A stretch of DNA of 64,000 bases from an uncultured delta proteobacterium (GCA_963803435.1 CAWDML010000004.1:192001-256000); one strand, 5' to 3'; positions 42,307-52,676 are shown, numbered from the stretch's first letter. Made by a program: numbers and translations. The notes: a model not told the origin generated them from the letters alone.

Positions 42307-44388
42307 TCAGCCTGGATCATCGCCCGAGGGCGGCTGGGCCGGCGGCGGGGCGTCCGGCCACGAGGTCGGCGGCGGCGGCGGCGCGTGTTCCTCCGCCTCC
42401 TTGCGCTTTTGCTCGGCCTCGGCGGCGCGGCGCGCTTCCTCCTGGGTCGTCCCCTCACTCTGGAGGACGCCGCTCTGCTCTCGAGCCTTCTGCTCCCGGG
42501 CCTGCTGCTGGATCGCCTGCTGGTAGGCCTGCCGCGAGTCCCGGCGCTGCTCGGGCGGTCGACCGACGCGTCTTCCCTGCTGGAGCGGGTCGCCCGCGTT
42601 CATCAGCTGGTTGGAGAGGAGCGGCGAGCCGTTCACCGGATCGGCGGTGAAGGCGTCGAGCTCGTCCTCGAGGGTGCGACCGCCGACGTCGGCCGCCACC
42701 TGGGCGGTGCCCCGGCCGTAGATCCCGCGCAGCGTCCCCACGATGGCGTGTGTCACCAGCGGATCGATGTTGAGCACCCCGTCCGGATCTGGATCGAGGT
42801 AGTTGAACGCGTAGGTGCCGGTCAGATCGAAGGAGAGGCCGGCGGCCTCGAACAGCGGCAGCGTCAGGTTCACGTTGGCGCCGAAGCCCTGGTTGTTGAA
42901 CGCGAGCACCGCCGGATCGTTCGGGTTCGCGGTCGGGAAGAGCTCGCGCCCCACGCCCCGCACGCGGTTGGCGTTGAAGCCCACCGCCACCTGGGGCCGG
43001 AACTCGCCGAAGGAGCCGGTGTACGCGAACACCAGGTTGGCGCTCTCGGTGACGATGGCGGAGATGCCGAGCGCACCAGTGGCGACGGCGCGCTGGCCGA
43101 ACAGCGTGATGTCGACCGGATCGAAGCGCCGCGCGATGGAGAGATCCGCGATGGGCTCCCAGTTGGAGCGGACCGGCTCGAAGTCGTCGAGCGCCGCCTG
43201 CGCGCCCAGCGGCGGCTGGAACAGGTTGGCCTGGGCCGCGCCCGCGCCCAGCGTCACGCGCAGCTCCCAGGGCAGCACGTCGGTGTAGAAGGCGCGGAAG
43301 GTGTAGATGAGCGTGTCCGACGAGATGCCCTGGCCCGCCAGCACGAAGCCCTGCGCGTCCGTCGGCACCCGGAAGTTGAGCGCGCCGATCGCCTGCAGGC
43401 CGAAGGCGCGGTCGTCGTTCATGTTGTACGTGTACTGGAGCGTCAGCTGGTTGAGCAGGGTGGTGGGCGGCGGCGCGGCGGCCCGGAAGATCTGCGTGGT
43501 GGTCCCGGTGACCGTGACGCGATCGTCGATCTGCTCGGCGAGCGTGTAGGTGACGACGGCGTCCACGTCGAGCTGTCCGCGCCGGCCCAGCAACCGCCGG
43601 AAGCGCAAGGCAGGTTGCACCGTGTGGATGGTGGCCGGCACGAACGCGCCCAGGTTGGTGGCGGCCGCGCCCACCTGGTTCTGCGCGCCCAGCGCGCCGC
43701 CGGCCAGCGTGAAGATGCCGTTGCGCGTGTACGAGTAGTTGCCGTCGAGCGTCAGGTCCCACTTGAGGCTGGGCGTGAGCTGCAGCGTGAGGCGGCCGTT
43801 GGCGGTGTGGGTCTGACCGTTGAAGCTGAAGGCGCCCGCCTGCGCGCCGGGCACGTTGTTGCCGGCGGTGCCGAGCTGTCCGCCCTGGAGGCGACCGTCG
43901 GCGCCGCTGCCGAGGAGGCCGTTGAGCGCGAAGCCGTAGCCGAGCCCGAGCGCGAAGCTCCAGGTGGCGCGCTGCAGGATCGCCAGGTAGTTCGCGTTGA
44001 CCTGGAAGGTGGTGGTGCGATCGGCGACCACGCCCTGCTGGACGTTGCCGTCCTCGTCGGTGGGGACCAGCGTCGGGATCAGCTGGGCGGCGCCCAGGCC
44101 TAGCACGAAGGCGTGGTTGAAGGTGCTGGTGGCGATGTCGAGGGTGAGGTTGCCGTTGACCGCGGTGGTGAGCTGCAGCCCGGCGGTCTGGGCGACCGCC
44201 GCCTGGTTCGGATCGACCTGGACCTGCTGGCCCTGCGGATCCTGCAGCTGCGGTGTCACCACCTGGATGTCGCCGAGCGTGGTGCCCGCCGACTGGGAGA
44301 CGCCGAGCTGATAGCCGACCACCGTCTGCTGCGCGTGCGCGAGGCCGGGGACGAGGAGCGCGAGCAGGGGCAGCCAGCCGAGGCGCAC
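42307..44388 (-). CDS. Secreted beta-strand-rich (outer-membrane barrel-like) protein with Gln/Pro-rich tail
   Basis: C-terminal ~693 aa of the long ORF. GTG at 44388 gives a clean signal peptide (MRLGWLPLLALLVPGLAHA-Q); many amphipathic strands. Confidence 0.72.
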   Translation of the reverse strand: MRLGWLPLLALLVPGLAHAQQTVVGYQLGVSQSAGTTLGDIQVVTPQLQDPQGQQVQVDPNQAAVAQTAGLQLTTAVNGNLTLDIATSTFNHAFVLGLGAAQLIPTLVPTDEDGNVQQGVVADRTTTFQVNANYLAILQRATWSFALGLGYGFALNGLLGSGADGRLQGGQLGTAGNNVPGAQAGAFSFNGQTHTANGRLTLQLTPSLKWDLTLDGNYSYTRNGIFTLAGGALGAQNQVGAAATNLGAFVPATIHTVQPALRFRRLLGRRGQLDVDAVVTYTLAEQIDDRVTVTGTTTQIFRAAAPPPTTLLNQLTLQYTYNMNDDRAFGLQAIGALNFRVPTDAQGFVLAGQGISSDTLIYTFRAFYTDVLPWELRVTLGAGAAQANLFQPPLGAQAALDDFEPVRSNWEPIADLSIARRFDPVDITLFGQRAVATGALGISAIVTESANLVFAYTGSFGEFRPQVAVGFNANRVRGVGRELFPTANPNDPAVLAFNNQGFGANVNLTLPLFEAAGLSFDLTGTYAFNYLDPDPDGVLNIDPLVTHAIVGTLRGIYGRGTAQVAADVGGRTLEDELDAFTADPVNGSPLLSNQLMNAGDPLQQGRRVGRPPEQRRDSRQAYQQAIQQQAREQKAREQSGVLQSEGTTQEEARRAAEAEQKRKEAEEHAPPPPPTSWPDAPPPAQPPSGDDPG

Positions 44389-44437
44389 GGCGTACCCATA
44401 CAATAGGTCGGCCCAATGATCCCGCCGACCTGAATGA

Positions 44438-44454
44438 CTGCTCTTGCGTTCAGT
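44438..44454. promoter_or_regulatory. Putative LexA (SOS) box at dnaE2
   Basis: CTGCTCTTGCGTTCAGT: CTG-N10-CAG with the GTTCAG half-site; ~28 bp before the ATG at 44482. Confidence 0.6.
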
Positions 44455-44481
44455 GAACGGATGGGTAGAGATCGACGGTCG

Positions 44482-47400
44482 ATGTCGCCGGAACCCTACG
44501 TCGAGCTCCGCTGCCTCACCTGCTTTTCCTTCCTCCGCGGGGCCTCGCACCCCGAGGAGCTGGTGGAGCGCGCCGCCCAGCTCGGCTACCGCCGGCTCGC
44601 GGTCACCGACCACGACGGCCTCTACGGGATCGTCCGCGCCCACGACGCGGCCAAGCAGCACGGGCTCGAGGTCATCGTCGGCAGCGAGATCCACCTGGGC
44701 GGCGCCGGGCCCGCGCCCCAGGACTACCGGCCCGGGCTGATCCTCCTCGCCACCGACCGCAAGGCCTACGGGCGGCTCTGCCGGCTGCTCACCACCGGCC
44801 GCCGCCGCGTCGGCAAGGGCGGCTTCCAGCTCACCTTCGAGGACGTGGCCGAGCACGCGGAGGGCCTGCTCGCGATCCACGTGGGCCCGCAGGATGCGCT
44901 CTCGCTGGGCCGCGAGAAGGACGTGTTCGGCGATCGGCTCTCGCTGTCGATCGAGCGGAACCTCACCCCCTTCGATCGCACCCGGACCGACGCCGCGCTC
45001 TCCGCCTCCGCGCGCTTCGGGATCCCGCTGGTGGTGACCGGCGGCGTGCTGATGCACGACCGGGCGAGGAAGCCGCTCCAGGACGTGCTCACCTGCATCC
45101 GCCTGGGAATGCGACTCGATCAGGCCGGCCGCCGTCTGCTCCCCAACACCAACGCGTACCTCAAGTCGATGCGGGAGATGGCGGGGCTGTTCCCGGATCT
45201 TCCGGAGGCGCGCCGCCTCACCGTCGAGCTCGCGGACCGCTGCACCTTCCGGCTCGACGAGCTCCACCACGACTTCACCATCGAGCTGCTCCCCGAGGGC
45301 GAGAGCGGCATGAGCTACCTCCGCAAGCTGGTGGAGAAGGGCGCGCAGGAACGCTATCCCGAGGGCGTACCGCCCGAGGTGGCGCAGCAGATCGCCCACG
45401 AGCTGGAGCTGATCGATCAGCTCGAGTTCGCCGGCTACTTCCTCACCGTCTGGGACATCGTGCGCTTCGCCCGCTCCCGCAACATCCTCTGCCAGGGGCG
45501 GGGATCGGCGGCCAACTCGGTGGTCTGCTTCTGCCTCGGCATCACCTCCATCGATCCGGTGCGGATGAGCCTGCTCTTCGAGCGCTTCATCTCCGCCGAG
45601 CGCGGCGAGCCGCCGGACATCGACGTCGACTTCGAGCACGAGCGCCGCGAGGAGGTGATGCAGTACGTCTATCAGAAGTACGGGCGCGAGCACGCGGCCA
45701 TGGTGGCGAACCTGATCTGCTACCGCGGCCGCCTCTCCTACCGTGAGGTGGGGAAGGTGTTCGGCCTCGGCGAGGATCAGCTCGATCAGCTGACGCGCTC
45801 GCGCAGCCACTGGAGCTCGCCACCGATGAACGCGCGCGAGCTGGGCTCGGCGGGCCTCGATCCCTCCGATCCGATCGTGCGCCAGGTGGTCGAGTGGGCG
45901 GAGACGCTCCAAGGCTTTCCGCGCCACCTCGGGATCCACTCGGGCGGCTTCGTGATCACCAAGGAGCCGATCGTGGAGATGGCGCCGGTGGAGAACGCCA
46001 CCATGGAGCTCCGCACCGTGGTCGCCTGGGACAAGCGCGACATCGAGCGGCTGGGCCTGGTGAAGGTGGATCTGCTGGCCCTGGGCATGCTGACCGCGGT
46101 GCGCCGCGCCTTCGATCTGGTGAGACAGACCGAGGACCTCCAGCTCACGCTGGCCAACATCCCCTCCGAGGATCAGCCCATCTACGAGATGATCGGCGAT
46201 GCCGACACGGTCGGCACCTTCCAGGTGGAGTCGCGCGCGCAGATGCAGATGCTGCCGCGCCTCAAGCCCCGGACCTTCTACGACCTGGTGGTGGCGGTGG
46301 CGATCGTGCGGCCCGGCCCGATCCAGGGCGACATGGTCCATCCCTACCTGCGGCGCCGCGACGGCCTCGAGCCCGCCGAGTATCCGCACCCGAAGCTCAA
46401 GGAGATCCTCGGCAAGACCTACGGCGTGCCGCTCTTCCAGGAGCAGGTGATGAAGATGGCGGTGGCGGTGGCCGGCTTCACGCCCGGGCAGGCCGACGAG
46501 CTCCGCCGCGCGATCGGCTGGCAGTCCCAGATCCACATCGAGCGGATGCACGGCCGGCTCATCGACGGCATGCGACAGAACGGGCTCACCGAGGAGTACG
46601 CCGAGCGCATCTTCCGCATGATCCAGGGCTTCGGCGGCTACGGCTTCCCGGAGTCCCACGCCGCCTCGTTCGCGCTGATCGGCTACGCCTCCTGCTACCT
46701 CAAGCGCTACCACCCGGCCGCGTTCCTGGCGGCGCTGCTCAACAGCCAGCCGATGGGCTTCTACGCCAACCACACGCTGGTCTCGGACGGACAGCGCCAC
46801 GGCGTCGAGGTCCGGCCGGTCTCCGCCGACGCCAGCGTCTGGAACGCGACGCTCGAGGACGGCCAGGACGAGCGCTGGCAGGAGGAGTGGTGGGCGGGCT
46901 CCCGGCACGAGATCAAGAAGCACACCCCCTGGGCCGATCGGACGTTCGGGCGCCTCCGCTACGGGCGGCCGGTGCAGCCGGCGGTGCGCCTCGGGTTCCG
47001 CGAGATCTCGGGGATGGCGGAGGCGCAGGCGGACGCGATCGTGGAGGCGCGCAAGCAGGGCCTGACCTCGATCGCCGACCTGATCGCGCGGGCCCGCCTG
47101 CCGAAGGACGTGTCGGCGAGGCTGGCGGCGGCGGGCGCGTTCTCGTGCTTCGGGCTGTCGCGGCGCGAGGCGCTCTGGCGGGTGATGGCGCTCGATCGCC
47201 GCTCACCGCTGTTCGCCGGAGTCGAGCTCCCGGACGACGAGCGTGCCGGCGAGCGCCTGCCCCGGATGGACGCGATCGAAGAGATGCGCGCCGACTACCA
47301 GACCACCGGCATGTCGACCGGCACGCACCCGATGAAGCTGGTCCGCGCGATGATGAGAGAGAAGCGCATCTTCGGCTTCGCCGAGATCCAGGTGGCGCCG

Positions 47401-47685
47401 CACGGCAAGCGCGTGCGCGTGGGCGGGATGGTGGTGACGCGCCAGCGGCCGGGCACCGCCTCGGGCGTGGTGTTCATGACGCTCGAGGACGAGGACGGGC
47501 ACGTGAACCTGGTGGTGTTCAGCCACATCTACGAGAAGTACCGGAGCCTCGCGCGCGACGAGGTCATGCTGATCGCGGAGGGGCAGGTCCAGAAGACGGG
47601 GAGGGTGATCAACGTGATCGTGGAGCGGTTCGAGCGGCTCGACGCGCCCGAGCCCGGGGTGGAGGTCGGCCGCAACTTCTTCTAG
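44482..47685 (+). CDS. dnaE2: Error-prone DNA polymerase DnaE2 (ImuC)
   Basis: FSFLRGASHPEELV, CQGRGSAANS, PPDIDVDFEH, FQVESRAQM, RPGPIQGDMVHPY, FPESHAASFA, RQRPGTASG, C-terminal GRNFF (SRDF-like). Confidence 0.97.
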   Translation: MSPEPYVELRCLTCFSFLRGASHPEELVERAAQLGYRRLAVTDHDGLYGIVRAHDAAKQHGLEVIVGSEIHLGGAGPAPQDYRPGLILLATDRKAYGRLCRLLTTGRRRVGKGGFQLTFEDVAEHAEGLLAIHVGPQDALSLGREKDVFGDRLSLSIERNLTPFDRTRTDAALSASARFGIPLVVTGGVLMHDRARKPLQDVLTCIRLGMRLDQAGRRLLPNTNAYLKSMREMAGLFPDLPEARRLTVELADRCTFRLDELHHDFTIELLPEGESGMSYLRKLVEKGAQERYPEGVPPEVAQQIAHELELIDQLEFAGYFLTVWDIVRFARSRNILCQGRGSAANSVVCFCLGITSIDPVRMSLLFERFISAERGEPPDIDVDFEHERREEVMQYVYQKYGREHAAMVANLICYRGRLSYREVGKVFGLGEDQLDQLTRSRSHWSSPPMNARELGSAGLDPSDPIVRQVVEWAETLQGFPRHLGIHSGGFVITKEPIVEMAPVENATMELRTVVAWDKRDIERLGLVKVDLLALGMLTAVRRAFDLVRQTEDLQLTLANIPSEDQPIYEMIGDADTVGTFQVESRAQMQMLPRLKPRTFYDLVVAVAIVRPGPIQGDMVHPYLRRRDGLEPAEYPHPKLKEILGKTYGVPLFQEQVMKMAVAVAGFTPGQADELRRAIGWQSQIHIERMHGRLIDGMRQNGLTEEYAERIFRMIQGFGGYGFPESHAASFALIGYASCYLKRYHPAAFLAALLNSQPMGFYANHTLVSDGQRHGVEVRPVSADASVWNATLEDGQDERWQEEWWAGSRHEIKKHTPWADRTFGRLRYGRPVQPAVRLGFREISGMAEAQADAIVEARKQGLTSIADLIARARLPKDVSARLAAAGAFSCFGLSRREALWRVMALDRRSPLFAGVELPDDERAGERLPRMDAIEEMRADYQTTGMSTGTHPMKLVRAMMREKRIFGFAEIQVAPHGKRVRVGGMVVTRQRPGTASGVVFMTLEDEDGHVNLVVFSHIYEKYRSLARDEVMLIAEGQVQKTGRVINVIVERFERLDAPEPGVEVGRNFF

Positions 47686-47776
47686 GCCACGGCACCCGCG
47701 TGTGCCGGAGGCGGCGGAGGTACGAAGTGAGCTCCGTAGCGCCCACGGGCTGCCCGTGTGACCATCGATTCTCGCG

Positions 47777-49222
47777 GTGCACGCGACCTGCCTGGCATCC
47801 CTGCTGTTCTCGTTGCTCGCGCTCTGCGCGATGGCGCGAAGCGTCGAGGGCGCGGAGGTCGGGGTCTCACATGACGGGTTGCCCGGGATCGCGTCCATCC
47901 ACCTACCGGAGCCGATGCGAGGTACCTTCGCGATCTCGCTCGCCGGTGGATACGGCTTCACCGAGTCGGTGCTGGACGAGGGCGATCGACACCACCGGAT
48001 CCTCGGCTCGCTCTCCGCCTCGCTGCAGCCGCTCGATTGGCTCGCGTTCTTTCTTCGGTTCGACTCCCGCTATGACGCCCATCAGCACGTCGAAAATGGC
48101 ACCGACACCAGCTTCGTCACCGAGCCGACAATCGGCACCGCCGCCATGCTGGCACTTGCGCCCAGCCTCGGGCTGGGAATCGGGATCGACCTGGCCTTCA
48201 CCCATCGGGGGCCCGGCTTCGATCCGCTCCCCAACGCGGTGTCGCCGTCCTTCCTTGCCGAGGTGAGCTACCGCCCGGTGGAGCCGCTCGCCCTCGCCTT
48301 CAACGGTGGGTACCGGCTCGAGAAGAGCGGCGGAGCGCTCGAAGATCCTGATCGATTGAGCCGCGCCGACCGACTGGCCCTCGGCATCAGCGCGTTCGAT
48401 CGCGTGGTGCTGGCGGCGGGCGCCGACTGGCAGCTCGACCCGTACGAGCTCCTGGGCGAGCTGGGCTGGCAACCGTTGGTGGGACCAGGTGCACCCCGCG
48501 CAGCGGAGTGGCCGCTCGATGCTTCGATCGGCGCGCGCTACCGACCGGCCGAGTCCTGGATCCAGCTCGAGCTCCTGGTCACGATCGCGCTCTCTGCCCG
48601 TCCCGAGGTCGCGGTGGGTCAACCGTTGATCCCGATCGAACCGCGCGTCACGATGCTGGCGAGCATCGCGCTGGTACCCTTTGGGGCGAGCGACGTTCCG
48701 CCCCCGCCCTCGGATCCAATCCCTGTCGAGACCCCGGCACGGCTCCGCGGCCGGGTGCTCTCCCAGCGAGAGCCAGTCCCAGGAGCTGCGATCGCCGTGA
48801 TCCGGGGCGGGGAGGCCGTGGCCACCGCCTCGACTGCGGACGACGGAACCTTCGCGCTCGGTCCGCTGCCACCCGGGCCTGCCCGGGTCACCGTCGCTCA
48901 TCCTGGCCACGCCGATTGGAGCGTCGACCTGAGCCTGGCCGACGGTGAGCGACGAGCGCTAGCGGTCGAACTGGTCACCCTTCTCCCCGACGGCGAGCTG
49001 CGCGGCACCGTGCTCTCGTACGGGGGGCGCGGCATCCGCACGCGTCTCGTGATCGAACCGAGCCATCTGGAGGTCGATACGGATGAGGCCGGGCGCTTCG
49101 CCATCGAGATCCAGCCGGGAACGTACCAGGTCGTCATCGACGCGCCGGGCTTCAAGGGGCAGCGGCGCCAGGTCGAGATCCAACCGAAGGGTGTCACGTA
49201 CCTGAACGTGGATCTGCAATGA
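47777..49222 (+). CDS. Outer-membrane barrel-like protein with two carboxypeptidase-regulatory-like domains
   Basis: Signal peptide, beta-strand N-terminal region, Pro linker, LRGRV..PVPGA..T.DDGTF..LPPG and TDEAGRF.I...PGTY repeats. Confidence 0.75.
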   Translation: MHATCLASLLFSLLALCAMARSVEGAEVGVSHDGLPGIASIHLPEPMRGTFAISLAGGYGFTESVLDEGDRHHRILGSLSASLQPLDWLAFFLRFDSRYDAHQHVENGTDTSFVTEPTIGTAAMLALAPSLGLGIGIDLAFTHRGPGFDPLPNAVSPSFLAEVSYRPVEPLALAFNGGYRLEKSGGALEDPDRLSRADRLALGISAFDRVVLAAGADWQLDPYELLGELGWQPLVGPGAPRAAEWPLDASIGARYRPAESWIQLELLVTIALSARPEVAVGQPLIPIEPRVTMLASIALVPFGASDVPPPPSDPIPVETPARLRGRVLSQREPVPGAAIAVIRGGEAVATASTADDGTFALGPLPPGPARVTVAHPGHADWSVDLSLADGERRALAVELVTLLPDGELRGTVLSYGGRGIRTRLVIEPSHLEVDTDEAGRFAIEIQPGTYQVVIDAPGFKGQRRQVEIQPKGVTYLNVDLQ

Positions 49223-51108
49223 GGGGCGCGGCCTATGGCAGACTCCTCCTGCTCCTCCCGCTGATCGTCGGGTGCGAAGGGGGCTGCAGGGATCCCGAGG
49301 TGATCGCTCGGCTCGCCAAGAAGCAAGGCGACGTACAGCGGGACGAAGGACGCGCCTTGGGACGGTGGACTCCCGCCGCGCCGGGCGATCGGTTCGTGCT
49401 CGGCGACGCGCTCGTGACGGCAGACGACGCGCGCGCCCTGGTCGAGTTCACCGCCGGCGGTAACCTCCGGGTTCGAGAGCGGACGCTCGTGCGATTTCTC
49501 GAACGACGCGATGAGGCGCCCGGCATCGCGGTCGAGCTGGCGGACGCGATCCCAGAGTCGCGAGGAGGGATACGATTCGGTCGCGCGCTGATCGATCCGG
49601 AATCCTCGGTCGACATCGAACGCGTGGGACCCGCCCTCGAGATCCGCGTCTCCTACGGGCGTGTGGTGTTCGAGAGGGGGAACGGACCGGCGCGCGTTGT
49701 GCCCACTGGTGGCCCGCCGTTGCGGGTCGGCTCATCCTCCGTCGCCCTGTCGCGCGCACCGCCTCCGTCGCCCCCGCCGATCCCCATGGTCACAGCGCGG
49801 CTGGTGGCGAAGGGTAAGGTCCGTATCCGGGCCCGCGGGGCGCGCCGCTATCGCCACCTCGCGGCCGGGACGTCGACCAGCGGCGAGGGGCTGCGGGTCG
49901 AGATTCATTGCGGGCACGCGGAGATCGATCGCGGGTCGACTCGCTACCTCGCCGGCAAAGGACGGCTGGTGCTCGGCGGGACCAGCGGCGTCCTGGCGCA
50001 GGTCGGCGCCGGGCGCGGGGAGCTCGATGGTCAAGAAGCGGACGCCGAGATCGGAGTCCCTGGGGGTCGGGTGGAGGCGCACGCCGTGGATGGTGTGGCC
50101 CGCGTCGAGGTTGGTCCGCGCAGCACCTCGGTGGAGTCCGTCGGCGGAGGGCGCGTTCGCGTGCACGGGCGAGACGCCACCACCGAGGAATCTCCGTTAC
50201 GGGGAGTCGCTTCGACTGACGAGATCCGGCGTCATCGTTCCGGAGATCGAGCTGCCCGAGCGGGCCAACTTCTCGCTCGCAGCTGGTGAGTCTCCGATCA
50301 TCCACGACCCGCGACCACCGACCGCGATCGAGATCGACTTCGCAGGCAAGTGTCCGGAGGGTGGCGTGGTCGATCTGGCCTCCAACGGCCGGAGTCTGGG
50401 GCGGGCGAGGATCCATGCGCGCGGCAAGATCTCGGCGATCATCGCAGCGACGGCCGGCTTCCATCGCTACCGGGTCCGCTGTCTCGCCGAGGGCCGCCCG
50501 ACACGGACGCTCCTGAGCGGCACCCTCAGCGTGCGGAGTGACAGCGGCGCCCGACCGCTTCCCAAGGGCACCCCCGAGAATCTGGTGAGCGCCGATGGGC
50601 GCACTTACACCGTCCTCTATCAGAACCGGCTCCCTCGACTCGCGTTCGCCTGGATGGATGCTCCGCCCGCAGCGGGCTATCAGCTGTTCATCGCGAACGG
50701 CTCGCTCGAGAGGAGGATCAGAGCAAGGAGCCGCGGGTGACCATCGCGCCCGGGGAGCTCGGAGAGGGCGGCTATCGCTTCTGGTTTCGCGCCGCAGGAG
50801 ACCGAGCGATGACCTCGCCTGAGACCTACCTGATGATCGACTTCGACAACGCCGCCTCCCACGCCGTGATCTACGGCCCCGCCCCGGTGTTTGGAACCAC
50901 GAATGGGCGGGTTCGGGTTCGGGGCGCGGTCGTCGAGGGCGCACGCGTATCGATCGGAGGCCAGGCGTCCCAGCTCGACCGCCACGGTCGGTTCGATCTC
51001 GAGGTGGCCGTCCCACCGAACCATGACGGTCTCGCGATCCGGATCGAAGATCGCCAGGGTCGGATCCACTACTACGTGCGGAGAGCGCGCCCGGGAGAGG
51101 ACGGATGA
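49219..51108 (+). CDS. FecR-like lipoprotein; two compensating frameshifts (~50189, ~50720)
   Basis: Lipobox IVGC, GDVQR..W....GDRF..GDALVT..ARALVEF..G.LRVRERTLV (FecR-like). Three ORFs join into ~629 aa ending in an Ig-like domain. Confidence 0.65.
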
Positions 51109-52676
51109 TCCTCGGCCCGTACCGCATCCTGAAGCGGCTCGCGATCGGAGGTATGGGCGAGATCTTCCTCGGACGCCAGATCGGCGTCGCGGGATTCGAT
51201 CGGCCGGTCATCATCAAACGATTGCTACCCGATCTCGCCGAGGACGCGACCGCGATCGAGCAGTTCCTCGACGAGGCACGAATCGCGGCGACGCTCAATC
51301 ATCCGAACATCGTCGCAATCTACGAGGTCGCCGAGTGGCGCGGGATGCAGTTCATCGCCATGGAATACATCGAGGGCGAGACCATCGCCGCGATCATGCG
51401 GGCCCTGGTCAAGCAGCGCGGGTCCGTGCCCTTCGCCGTCGCAGCCCGCATCACCCATGACGCTGCGCTCGCGCTCGATCATGCACACCGGGCGTGCGGG
51501 GCGGACGGAACGCCGCTCCGGATCATCCATCGTGACGTCAGCCCCCAGAACATCATGGTTCGCAGGGACGGCGTGACCAAGGTCGTCGACTTCGGAATCG
51601 CAAAGGTCGCTGATCGAAGCGGTCGTACCTCCTCGGGCGTTCTCAAGGGGAAGCTGCGGTACATGGCCCCCGAGCAGCTTCGCGAACAACCGCTCGATCA
51701 TCGAATCGATCAGTTCGCGCTCGGCGTGACGTTCTGGGAGATGTGCACGGGCCGGCGCTTGTTCAAGAAGGACGTGTCGATCTCGGCCCGGCTCAACGCC
51801 ACCCGGGTCCCTCCGCCGGTCTCCGTCAGGCGTGATGTCCCGCGCGAGCTGGATCGGATTGTAACCCGGATGTTGGCCGCAGATCGGGACGTGCGCTTCT
51901 CCTCCTGTCTGGACGTTGCCGATGCGCTCGACGTGTACCTATCCACTCCGGCAGGCCGCACGGACCTACGCGAGGTCGCGGCCTTGGTGGAGCGCACTGT
52001 CGGGGATCGGATCGCGGAGCGGACGCGGGTGCTGCGTTCCGGTGAGCCGTGCGACGATGACCTCTCGGAGCTCGCCATCCTCGCGGAGGACGAGAGCCCG
52101 CCCAAACCAGAGGCGCTGGCTGCGCCCGAAGCCCTTTCCGGCGCGCCCAACGACAAGACCGCGCCCCTCCACCCGTACGCCTCCGAGTCGGTCGCCAACG
52201 CAGGGGTTCTCACGACACGCCGCCCCGTCGGGATGCTGCTGGCCGGCCTCTTCTTCGTGGTGGGCGTCGCGCTGGCGGTGGTCCTCCTCGTGCGCGCCCC
52301 TCGGGCCCCACAGCCGATCGTGGTGGTCCAGCACGAGCTTCCCTCGGGGAAGGCGCCCGACGCAGGCGTCGTGACGCTGGCGCGGGCCGAGCCGAAGCGG
52401 CGGGCGAGCCTGGACCTCCGCCTCACCCGCGCCTTTGCGCGGCGGCGCAAGAGCGTGGAGCGCTGCTTCGAGCGCTTCGGCGGCGCCGATGCGGTGGACG
52501 TATCGGTCCGGTTCGAGGTGGACACCGGCGGCCGGGTGGCGGCGGCAGCCATCCTCCCGGACGGGGTGGCGAGGAGTGAGGTGGGCGCGTGCCTCCTCGA
52601 GGTGGCGCGGTCCACCAAGTTCCCACGTCAGCCCAAGCCTGTCACCTTCCGGATACCGCTTCGGATTGCCCGTTGA
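51105..52676 (+). CDS. Membrane Ser/Thr kinase with C-terminal AgmX/PglI (TonB_C-like) domain
   Basis: GGMGEIF, HRDVSPQN, DFGIAK, GKLRYMAPEQ, TM helix, VERCF..VSVRFEVD..G.V..GACL..KFP..VTFRIPL. Confidence 0.9.
   Translation: MILGPYRILKRLAIGGMGEIFLGRQIGVAGFDRPVIIKRLLPDLAEDATAIEQFLDEARIAATLNHPNIVAIYEVAEWRGMQFIAMEYIEGETIAAIMRALVKQRGSVPFAVAARITHDAALALDHAHRACGADGTPLRIIHRDVSPQNIMVRRDGVTKVVDFGIAKVADRSGRTSSGVLKGKLRYMAPEQLREQPLDHRIDQFALGVTFWEMCTGRRLFKKDVSISARLNATRVPPPVSVRRDVPRELDRIVTRMLAADRDVRFSSCLDVADALDVYLSTPAGRTDLREVAALVERTVGDRIAERTRVLRSGEPCDDDLSELAILAEDESPPKPEALAAPEALSGAPNDKTAPLHPYASESVANAGVLTTRRPVGMLLAGLFFVVGVALAVVLLVRAPRAPQPIVVVQHELPSGKAPDAGVVTLARAEPKRRASLDLRLTRAFARRRKSVERCFERFGGADAVDVSVRFEVDTGGRVAAAAILPDGVARSEVGACLLEVARSTKFPRQPKPVTFRIPLRIAR

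Noticed and set aside
44389-46923. N-terminal 845 codons of the 1538-aa minus-strand ORF overlapping dnaE2
   Set aside because: Antisense shadow of a GC3-biased gene; the real protein begins at the signal peptide at 44388.
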